From IMG/VR virus record IMGVR_UViG_3300037067_013225, positions 96,001 through 160,000 of that record: a DNA stretch of 64,000 nt; one strand, given 5' to 3'. Of the stretch, positions 56,973 to 64,000 are shown piece after piece. The notes below the pieces were generated by a model. The model searched no databases. It was not told the origin of the DNA and saw nothing but the letters and a program-made list of their open reading frames with translations. A program made the translations under genes and the position numbers. How positions within the stretch are numbered: the stretch's first letter is position 1; every line of letters begins with the position of its first letter. Source of the stretch: a virus. Lineage: Duplodnaviria > Caudoviricetes.

Positions 56973-57602
56973 TCAAAAATCAATTTCTTGAAATTCTTTT
57001 AATTCAGAGTTCAGGGCGGCAATGGCGATATCAGCAAAGTTTATGTTTGGATTAGCTTGTGCGGCACAAAGAGCAGCATGAGCAGCATAAGCGGCAGTAT
57101 GAGCACCACTAGTACCAGCGGCATAAGCAACATAATAAGCAACATTAGTGATACTAGCAGCAGCATAAGTAGCATGAACGGCAGCGTAATAAGCGGCAGC
57201 GGTATTAGCAGCAGCACGAGGATGAGTTTTAGCCCGAAGCTTCCCTGATACAGTTTTGGCAGTCTCGGAGCTTCGATCCGTTCCATCAATCCAGGCATTC
57301 GCCCACGAAACGAACACAGGATCGTTGTACACGGCTAGCGCGCATTGGATCGCAAACCACTGACGCTGAACAAGAGTGAATTCCGGCACATAGGTCTCTC
57401 GCAGAAGTGTGAATTCGCCGTCAAAGCGCAGAAGATTATTTTTCTTGCCAGATGCTTCAAAAATCCTAAGATGTCCGAATCTCTCGAATATGGGGGTCGA
57501 AAGTACAGCTAATTCCGGGTTGGCGTAAGCAAAACCGAAGCGTTTTATGCCGATTTCCCACAAACCATCATTGTTCATGTTTTCGTCTGTGATCACATAC
57601 AT
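56973..57602 (-). CDS. Paralog family member A (Ala-rich C-terminus, FQEIDF tag)
   Basis: Near-identical core to 58420..59001 and 62296..62901. Confidence 0.75.
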   Translation of the reverse strand: MYVITDENMNNDGLWEIGIKRFGFAYANPELAVLSTPIFERFGHLRIFEASGKKNNLLRFDGEFTLLRETYVPEFTLVQRQWFAIQCALAVYNDPVFVSWANAWIDGTDRSSETAKTVSGKLRAKTHPRAAANTAAAYYAAVHATYAAASITNVAYYVAYAAGTSGAHTAAYAAHAALCAAQANPNINFADIAIAALNSELKEFQEIDF

Positions 57603-57607
57603 ATTTA

Positions 57608-57754
57608 TCAGAAATCGATCATGGTCAATGGTTTGTCATCCGGAGTATCTGGTGTATCATCGCCAAGGCGCGGCATTCCCATTCCCCATGAGGCGAATGC
57701 CTTAGCCCATAATTTGGGCCAGATATAGTTATCGACGCAATCTTCCGTATTCAT
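57608..57754 (-). CDS. Small ORF not in the track (48 aa, MNTEDCVDNYIWPKLWAKAFASWGMGMPRLGDDTPDTPDDKPLTMIDF)
   Basis: Translated by hand; GAGGAG RBS; ends in the shared IDF tag. Confidence 0.7.
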   Translation of the reverse strand: MNTEDCVDNYIWPKLWAKAFASWGMGMPRLGDDTPDTPDDKPLTMIDF

Positions 57755-57759
57755 CTAAA

Positions 57760-58095
57760 TCACTCCTCTCCGCAATTTTCACATTTCACCATAGCGGGAT
57801 TTATTAGCGAGGTTTGTATTGCGTTAATAAATCCGCATTTTCTGCATCTAAAAAATTTCCAATATATCACCGCTGGAAAGATCGGTATCAGCATCAAGGC
57901 TCTACAAAAAGCTACTAAACCAATCACTCCGCCATTATATAGGGCCAAATACCAAAATCCATATCGGCTCAAAACAACCATACCCCATCCGTATGCGGTT
58001 ATGGTTACTACCATTATACCATAAGCTAGTGCAAAAAGCAAGGCTATTTGGAGGCAATATTGTAGAGCGCTGGCTGCGCCAGATGTAAGTTTCAT
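57760..58095 (-). CDS. Membrane protein with a C-terminal zinc ribbon
   Basis: Hydrophobic helices followed by CRKC...CENC. Confidence 0.6.
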   Translation of the reverse strand: MKLTSGAASALQYCLQIALLFALAYGIMVVTITAYGWGMVVLSRYGFWYLALYNGGVIGLVAFCRALMLIPIFPAVIYWKFFRCRKCGFINAIQTSLINPAMVKCENCGEE

Positions 58096-58102
58096 AGTTT
58101 CC

Positions 58103-58420
58103 TCAGAAATCGATCATTGTTAGTTCTTTATATTTTAGAGATTCGGGTATTAGTGCTTCCAATTTATCTATGCAATCTTGCTTACTTCCTTGATGAAGTA
58201 CACCACCACCACACTCCATCAACATGATAATGTCATTGCGACAAGTATATGCTTTGTAATTACCATCGACTGGTACTATATTCCCATATAAACGGTTGTT
58301 TATATCTACACAGAACAGACAAGAGTCTCTATATTCTGTATACCATGATCTCTCTGTATACCATGATCTCGATCCTTTTTCGCGCATTTCTTGAGGCAAT
58401 TCGTCCCATGATACCATCAT
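58103..58420 (-). CDS. Hypothetical protein with a C-terminal LTMIDF tag
   Basis: Coupled ORF. Confidence 0.6.
   Translation of the reverse strand: MMVSWDELPQEMREKGSRSWYTERSWYTEYRDSCLFCVDINNRLYGNIVPVDGNYKAYTCRNDIIMLMECGGGVLHQGSKQDCIDKLEALIPESLKYKELTMIDF
58335..58370. repeat. Perfect 18-bp tandem duplication (RSWYTE x2)
   Basis: tctgtataccatgatctc twice in succession. Confidence 0.95.
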
Positions 58421-59001
58421 TAGAAGTCAATCTCCCAAAATTCTTTTTCAAACCATATCGCTTGCCGTGCAAGATCGGCATAATCTATGCCTGGGATGCC
58501 ATCCGTGGCAGAAACGTAGCTATCAAAATGGAGAGCGCTAGCATAAATGATAGATTTAACGGCCCAAGCGGGGCTAGTATAGAGGAGGGAGTCAAATTTT
58601 CTAATCTCATCGAGAACAGTTTTGGCAGTCTCAACGCTTCGATCCGTTCCATTGATCCAGGCATTCGCCCACGAGACGAACACAGGATCATTGCAGACTT
58701 TTAATGCGCATTGAATTGCAAACCACTGACGCTGAACAAGAGTGAATTCTGGCACATGGGTCTCTCGCAAAAGTGTGAACTTACCGCTAGAGCGCAGAGG
58801 ATGGTTCATTTCTCCCGATGCTTCAAAAATCCTAGGGTGGTCGAATTTCACATATGCGGGTTGTACAAGCACCGCTAGCTCCGGACTGGTATAGGCACGA
58901 CCACAATATATTTCACCGATTTCAACCGGAGTACCATTGGGGATATTCCCAGCTATAACCACATATGAAATTTTCTCACACATATTTAATACGCGCTCCA
59001 T
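58420..59001 (-). CDS. Paralog family member B (FWEIDF tag)
   Basis: Shares the PELAVL...RIFEASG...FTLLRET.VPEFTLVQRQWFAIQCAL...WANAWI.GTDRS core. Confidence 0.75.
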   Translation of the reverse strand: MERVLNMCEKISYVVIAGNIPNGTPVEIGEIYCGRAYTSPELAVLVQPAYVKFDHPRIFEASGEMNHPLRSSGKFTLLRETHVPEFTLVQRQWFAIQCALKVCNDPVFVSWANAWINGTDRSVETAKTVLDEIRKFDSLLYTSPAWAVKSIIYASALHFDSYVSATDGIPGIDYADLARQAIWFEKEFWEIDF

Positions 59002-62000
59002 AAACCTCTCTCAGCCAATGTAGTGTTGGTTCGTCAATATAGCCGGTTGTTTTTACCTCTCGTCTCGTTCTCCCCACAACAGAATAAATCACGATATCGC
59101 AATCTCCGGTTGGTAAATCCTCCAGCAGTGGCTCTACAAATTCATCTGCAACACGTATCATTAATGTAGAACCTTGGGGTTCCCATAAGTTTAGTTGTGA
59201 TGGGTCTTGTATTTTTACTCTACATGATGGCAAATATATATCGCCATCTTCACCGCATTCTGTGCTCAATTGTCCAGATATCGTTATAGGTAGACGTTCT
59301 TTTTTCGCCCGTGTTAAAATATCTATTTTCTCTTCCACAACCTTACTGAATCCAATAGCTTTTAAATTTTGCAATCCATCCGTTATTATAATATTCACAT
59401 ATGGAGATTTATTCTTTTTCGTTGCTTCGATGCTAAAATCTTCCACAAATCCGATAACACTAATATGTGGTGCAATATTGTTCAAAACGTCCGATGGTTT
59501 GATATACGATAGTTGCTTAAAGCATGCGTGTGCCATATACGGATTATATGTGAAGAAATCGCCCAAAACATCATATTCGGCATAAGCTTGATCATCTTGA
59601 GTCGTAACGATAGTTGTACCGGTTAATAACGATAATGCATCATCACGACCGCACAAAGTATCAAAAGCACCCGCATTAATTAATGCCTCAACAACGCGCT
59701 TGTTGCATTGGCGTTTGGGTACGCGAGTTATGAAATCGTCCACAGATGAAAAGGGACGCAGTTCTAGAAGTATTTTTAGAGCCGCAGGTCCAACACCTTT
59801 GATTCCCCCCAAACCAATACGTATAGCTGGATCAGGATCATATTCCACCGTATAGGATTGTCCGGAAGTATTGATGTTGGGCAAAAGTAAGCGATATCCG
59901 CCTTGACGAATATTATTTACAACACCCTTAATTTCTTCCGATTTGCCAATATATGAGTTTAATACAGCGCAATAGAACTCTGTTGGAAAATAATGTTTCA
60001 ACCAAAGCGTCTTATATGCTAGGGCCGCATAAGACATTGCGTGGCCCATGTTGAATGCATATAGCGCAGCATCTTTGATTTGTTTTACGATGTACTCGAT
60101 TTGATTGTGCGTATAGCCATTTTTGATAGCGCCTTGTTCGAAATCGTCCAACAGCAAGGCCATCTTTTCGGGAATTTTTTTCCCGCAAGCACTTCGGAGA
60201 TCGTCTGCTTTTGCTGGTGTAAAACCGGCTATTTTTTTGGCAATTTCCATAATTTGTTCCTGATATACCATAATGCCGCGAGAGCTTTTTAATAGCTGAT
60301 TTAGAGCGGATATTTTGTGTTTAAATCCACCCTTGACATATTGATCTGCCCAACCAGACATAGATACACCAGGGCGGATGATTGAGATTACATCTGCCAA
60401 TTCCAACTCATTTTTTGGATTTGTCGCTCGATAGTATTTTTGAGCCAAAGCGGAGCTTAATTGGAAGATATTATCTAAGCCATGTTCCGCCGCTAAAACA
60501 CTCGTATCGGAAAAGTCCGAATATTCCGGTATGATTTGCTCAGCGTGGCGCTGTTTGATGAAGTGTTCTGCTTCTTCGATTACGGTAACATTGCGTAGTC
60601 CGAGGAAATCAAACTTGATTTGTTTAGTAAATTTCTCTACCGATTCCATATCGAATTCAATCACCGGGAAAGCATCCTCATCACCTCGTCGCACAGGTAC
60701 AATATGATCGATATTGGTGCGACTCATAACGATACCAGATGCATGAATGCCGCGCGCGGAATATCCACCCTCAAGAGGTTTGGCGAGTTGAACAACTTTC
60801 TGTAGATTGTTTCTTGTAATGAAATCGGCCACTTGTTTTTGTTTAATATTCCAATCCAGACTTACTAAATTCCGTGTTCCCGGTTCGCTTTCCGTTAATA
60901 GTTCTGTGAATTCGTTCATGGTGGTAGCAGATACGCCCAATGCTGTCCCTACCGCCTTGACGGCGGTTTTAACAGTATAGCGCAGGTGCGTCCCCAAGTG
61001 GTAAACATGCCCGTAAGTTTCACTTAGATGCTCTAAGAATCTATCTCTACCAGTCCTAGATATATCACAATCGATATCTATCATGGATGTGTATGTACGT
61101 TTGCCATTTTCTATTTTGATACGGCCTTCGTTTAGAAATCGCGCAAAATCTAAATTATAATGAACCGGATCGAATGCCGTGATACCGCATAAATAATTAA
61201 CCAACGAGCTTGCACTGCTACCTCTCGATGGACCTGTAGCGATATGATTATTCCGGCACCAATCTAGTTCATCTGCGACGATTAACAGATAATTAGAGAA
61301 GCCGAAATCTGCGATGATTTTAAGCTCTTCTTTTAGACGTTCATTATATTGGGGGATGTTGAGAGATTTTTTTTCTAGAGCCAAGGCGCATTTTGCTGCC
61401 AAAATGGTAGATGCCGTTTCTTCATCTAGTACGGTATCGTTTAATTTAAATTGGGGCAGATTGTAATCTTCTACCGATGGATTAAATATCTCTATGCGAT
61501 CTGCTATTTCTCCACTTTGATGGACATATTTATCATCAAATTGATCGAGCATTTCTTGCTCGCTCTTGAAATAAAACGATTCGTCATAGACATATACGAA
61601 ATTTTTATCGCCAAGCTTTTTAGATTGTTTTTTGGATAGGAGGATTTTATGAGTATCTAGATGCGACGGTTCGACAAAATGAACGTCGTTTGTGGCGACT
61701 ACAGGTAGGCTATATTTTCCAGCTAAAGCGATTATTTGCGCATTAAGTGGTTCTTGGATATCTACGGATGGATGTTTTTGCACTTCTAAATAAAAGCGGT
61801 CTTTGAAAATATCATTCCACCGTTGTAAGCGTTCCTCAGCCTCCAAGGCTCTATCATCTTTCAATAATTTGCATATCAGTCCTCCCACACATGCACTTAA
61901 GCTTATTATCCCCTCATTATGTTGTTCTATTTCATTCCACGATATTCTCGGTCTGTAATAAAATCCCTCAGTATTAGCTATGGAGGAGAGTTTTACCAGA

Positions 62001-62296
62001 TTATGATACCCTGAGAGATTCTCTGCAAGTAATACTACGTGAGAATATTCTTTGGATTTTTGTTCTTTTTGCTGATTTAATGCTATGTCGGAGAAATAGA
62101 ATTCCGCTCCGAATATGGGTTTGATGTTATGTTTCGATGCCGATTTGTATAATTCTGCAAACGGTGACACAGTTCCATGTTCAGTTAAGGCTACCGCTGG
62201 CATATTTAGTGCGGCGGCTTTGGCGCAAATAGCATCTACACTGCCGAGAGCATCGTTCAAGCTATGTGTAGAATGATGGTGCAACGATATATACAT
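58976..62296 (-). CDS. dnaE: DNA polymerase III alpha subunit (family C)
   Basis: PHP domain (LHHHSTHSLND, ALTEHG, KPIFGAE, VVATNDVHF), GPSRGS, FARFLN, DIDCD, GIHASG, KFDFLGL, YQEQIM, YAFNMGHA, GLGGIKGVG. Confidence 0.95.
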   Translation of the reverse strand: MYISLHHHSTHSLNDALGSVDAICAKAAALNMPAVALTEHGTVSPFAELYKSASKHNIKPIFGAEFYFSDIALNQQKEQKSKEYSHVVLLAENLSGYHNLVKLSSIANTEGFYYRPRISWNEIEQHNEGIISLSACVGGLICKLLKDDRALEAEERLQRWNDIFKDRFYLEVQKHPSVDIQEPLNAQIIALAGKYSLPVVATNDVHFVEPSHLDTHKILLSKKQSKKLGDKNFVYVYDESFYFKSEQEMLDQFDDKYVHQSGEIADRIEIFNPSVEDYNLPQFKLNDTVLDEETASTILAAKCALALEKKSLNIPQYNERLKEELKIIADFGFSNYLLIVADELDWCRNNHIATGPSRGSSASSLVNYLCGITAFDPVHYNLDFARFLNEGRIKIENGKRTYTSMIDIDCDISRTGRDRFLEHLSETYGHVYHLGTHLRYTVKTAVKAVGTALGVSATTMNEFTELLTESEPGTRNLVSLDWNIKQKQVADFITRNNLQKVVQLAKPLEGGYSARGIHASGIVMSRTNIDHIVPVRRGDEDAFPVIEFDMESVEKFTKQIKFDFLGLRNVTVIEEAEHFIKQRHAEQIIPEYSDFSDTSVLAAEHGLDNIFQLSSALAQKYYRATNPKNELELADVISIIRPGVSMSGWADQYVKGGFKHKISALNQLLKSSRGIMVYQEQIMEIAKKIAGFTPAKADDLRSACGKKIPEKMALLLDDFEQGAIKNGYTHNQIEYIVKQIKDAALYAFNMGHAMSYAALAYKTLWLKHYFPTEFYCAVLNSYIGKSEEIKGVVNNIRQGGYRLLLPNINTSGQSYTVEYDPDPAIRIGLGGIKGVGPAALKILLELRPFSSVDDFITRVPKRQCNKRVVEALINAGAFDTLCGRDDALSLLTGTTIVTTQDDQAYAEYDVLGDFFTYNPYMAHACFKQLSYIKPSDVLNNIAPHISVIGFVEDFSIEATKKNKSPYVNIIITDGLQNLKAIGFSKVVEEKIDILTRAKKERLPITISGQLSTECGEDGDIYLPSCRVKIQDPSQLNLWEPQGSTLMIRVADEFVEPLLEDLPTGDCDIVIYSVVGRTRREVKTTGYIDEPTLHWLREVYGARIKYV

Positions 62297-62901
62297 TAAA
62301 AATCGATCTCCTGGAATTCTTTTAAGTCAAAGTTTAGAGCGTTGGCGGCGATATCAGTGAAGTTTATGCTTGGATTAACTTCCGCTGCATAATAAGCAGC
62401 ATCAGCAGCAAGAATAGTAGCGTTAGCAGCATAAGCAGCATCAGAAATATCAACAGCACAAGCAGCAGCATTAGCGGCGGCATCAGCAACAGCAACGTGA
62501 GTAGCACGAGTAGCATGATCGGCCCAAAACTTCCCTGATACAATTTGAGCAGTTTTGGAGCTTCGATCCGTTCCATTGATCCAGGCATTCGCCCACGACA
62601 CGAACACAGGATCATCACACACGGCTAGCGCGCATTGAATCGCAAACCACTGACGCTGAACAAGAGTGAATTCCGGCACATAGGTCTCTCGCAAAAGTGT
62701 GAATTCGCCATCAGAGCGCATAGGATCGTTCATCTCTCCCGATGCTTCAAAAATCCTAGGGTGGTCGAACGTCTCGTATATGGGGTTTATAAGTACGGCT
62801 AGTTCCGGGCTGGCGTAAGCAAAACCGGAACGTTTTATGCCGATTTCCCACAAACCATCACTGTACATATCTTCATTTATAATCACGTACATGTTCATCA
62901 A
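62296..62901 (-). CDS. Paralog family member C (Ala-rich C-terminus, FQEIDF tag)
   Basis: Colinear with 56973..57602. Confidence 0.75.
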   Translation of the reverse strand: MMNMYVIINEDMYSDGLWEIGIKRSGFAYASPELAVLINPIYETFDHPRIFEASGEMNDPMRSDGEFTLLRETYVPEFTLVQRQWFAIQCALAVCDDPVFVSWANAWINGTDRSSKTAQIVSGKFWADHATRATHVAVADAAANAAACAVDISDAAYAANATILAADAAYYAAEVNPSINFTDIAANALNFDLKEFQEIDF

Positions 62902-63224
62902 AAATCAATCTCCACGAATTGAATATCTAATGGTGAACTTATACTATTAAGCAGACTGAAGAATTGATCTACATTGATAATGGGAATTTGCCTTCCTTGA
63001 CGATGATTCCACTCGTCGAGCAATTCTTTTTTGGTGCTGTTTTTACAACCTCCCAAAACCAAATAGTCAACATTATAATAATCATACATTCTGTGTATTG
63101 TGGCTTTATGGCGGAAATATTCAGATCCCATTTCTTTATTCTTATCTTTTATGGCATCAATGAGTGTCTGACGCGAATAAATCGTTCTACCGGTAAAGAC
63201 AAACCTCATCAACATTCGTCCCAT
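62898..63224 (-). CDS. Stand-alone BRCT-like domain protein with an FVEIDF tag
   Basis: FVFTG...SR..L...VDYLVLG....STK....IPIINVDQFFSLL resembles the BRCT domain of NAD-dependent ligase. Confidence 0.6.
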   Translation of the reverse strand: MGRMLMRFVFTGRTIYSRQTLIDAIKDKNKEMGSEYFRHKATIHRMYDYYNVDYLVLGGCKNSTKKELLDEWNHRQGRQIPIINVDQFFSLLNSISSPLDIQFVEIDF

Positions 63225-64000
63225 TGCCCATTCGGGTGGATTTTGTATGTTTTGTAAACAGCTTCAGGAAACTGGTCGAAATAGGTTGTGGTCATATAAT
63301 CCTTCATATAAACGACTATGATTTTGGTATTTTTCACATCCAAATTTGTCCAAAACGATCCGTTAAAACATCCATCCGTAAATACATACGCGATACGGCC
63401 ATAGTCGCGATTATAATTGCCCTGATTTGTTAGATGTTCCATCCAACAATCATTTGTTCCACCGGATGTTTGAAATTTGTTATTCGCGATATCGGATTCG
63501 CTGCATTTATAAACGAATGTCGAAAAAGCATATACTTCATCGAAATAATCGATATTATATCGGATAGAATCAAAAAATATCTTATGATATGCATCAGTAG
63601 AGCCGGATACATCAAAATAAGCTGTTACGTAAAGATTCATATCCGGTAATGGACATTTAAAAAATGGTTGATGTACACGCATGGCACCATAAAGAGCTAG
63701 TTTACGATCTTTATGATGGGGGAATACGCGCCTGGTGGAACGATCTCCTCTGATTTTTAGAAAATCCTTTTCTAGTGTTTGCTTTAACCCAACCGGTGTT
63801 GAAACAATTGGAATATCTTGTGTTGGATCGTGATGATATTCGGAGAAAAATTCATCAACTATCTCCTCATACAAAGTCGTGGCTGTTGGATCGCAACCTT
63901 GAGATCCCTTTTTAGCTTTTCTGGTTCCAGGTTTTTGTCCCGACTCAGAAAGTTCCTTCAACGCTTCTGCAATGGCGGATTGTATTTCCGGATCGATAAT
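63209..64000 (-). CDS. VWA-like (MIDAS) domain protein, DUF2201-type; 5' end lies outside the window
   Basis: FDVSGS, SGGT and VFTDG motifs; the reading frame stays open from 63961 to the window edge. Confidence 0.75.
   Translation of the reverse strand: MIDPEIQSAIAEALKELSESGQKPGTRKAKKGSQGCDPTATTLYEEIVDEFFSEYHHDPTQDIPIVSTPVGLKQTLEKDFLKIRGDRSTRRVFPHHKDRKLALYGAMRVHQPFFKCPLPDMNLYVTAYFDVSGSTDAYHKIFFDSIRYNIDYFDEVYAFSTFVYKCSESDIANNKFQTSGGTNDCWMEHLTNQGNYNRDYGRIAYVFTDGCFNGSFWTNLDVKNTKIIVVYMKDYMTTTYFDQFPEAVYKTYKIHPNGQWDEC

Larger units (their letters stand above)
880..63604. repeat. Dispersed over-represented motif CAAGGCTCTA (core GGCTCTA) in both orientations
   Basis: 58 core copies and 21 full 10-mers counted by eye; see findings. 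Confidence 0.9.

Noticed and set aside
52413-62296. Inteins or introns in nrdJ or dnaE
   Set aside because: Both are uninterrupted and of normal or short length, with no intein splice motifs or homing-endonuclease motifs seen.
57041-62618. Leu/Met-rich ORFs 57041..57298, 58485..58691 and 62364..62618, and Ser-rich 57057..57248
   Set aside because: Alternative-frame shadows of the paralog genes, mostly of their GCT-rich Ala codons.
56973-62901. Paralogous repeats as the template and variable regions of a diversity-generating retroelement
   Set aside because: Differences involve all four bases rather than adenines only, all copies are intact genes, and there is no reverse transcriptase in the window.
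338-63649. The many short antisense or nested ORFs in the track
   Set aside because: They lie within longer genes that have recognisable motifs and translational coupling, and they show no motifs of their own.
1-64000. Alternative genetic code or stop-codon reassignment
   Set aside because: Genes are long and tightly packed under code 11, and TAA, TGA and TAG all end coupled genes. The two TAG-associated breaks are frame changes, not in-frame readthrough.

Overview
This is a 64-kb, gene-dense, AT-rich segment of a large contractile-tailed (myovirus-like, possibly jumbo) bacteriophage that reads with the standard genetic code. Positions 1-44.7 kb (+ strand) are a late, structural region: large virion proteins with PKD, Fn3 and PQQ-type beta-propeller domains, then sheath, tube, a frameshifted tail chaperone, baseplate genes and a Gly-X-Ser collagen-like fibre. 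These are followed by a glycosyltransferase/methyltransferase/phosphoesterase module. Positions 44.7-64 kb (- strand) are an early, replication region: a KpsS-like glycosyltransferase, a lytic transglycosylase, a split class II ribonucleotide reductase, an HD hydrolase, a Dam-like methylase, DnaE, BRCT and VWA proteins, and many small ORFs. I saw no tRNA, CRISPR array, integrase, transposase or reverse transcriptase. Five signals are not explained by the gene annotation. (1) A non-palindromic DNA word, CAAGGCTCTA (core GGCTCTA), occurs about once per kb in both orientations inside coding sequence; I counted 58 cores by eye. (2) Seven early proteins from five apparently unrelated sequence families end in the same C-terminal tag, [FL]x[EM]IDF. 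(3) A stand-alone, pseudoknotted ~195-nt RNA lies between a perfect sigma70 promoter and a terminator. (4) A second, non-classical -1 frameshift would join two late ORFs. (5) An acidic, proline-repeat protein sits in the tape-measure gene slot. All functional calls come from motif recognition by eye; no database searches were run.
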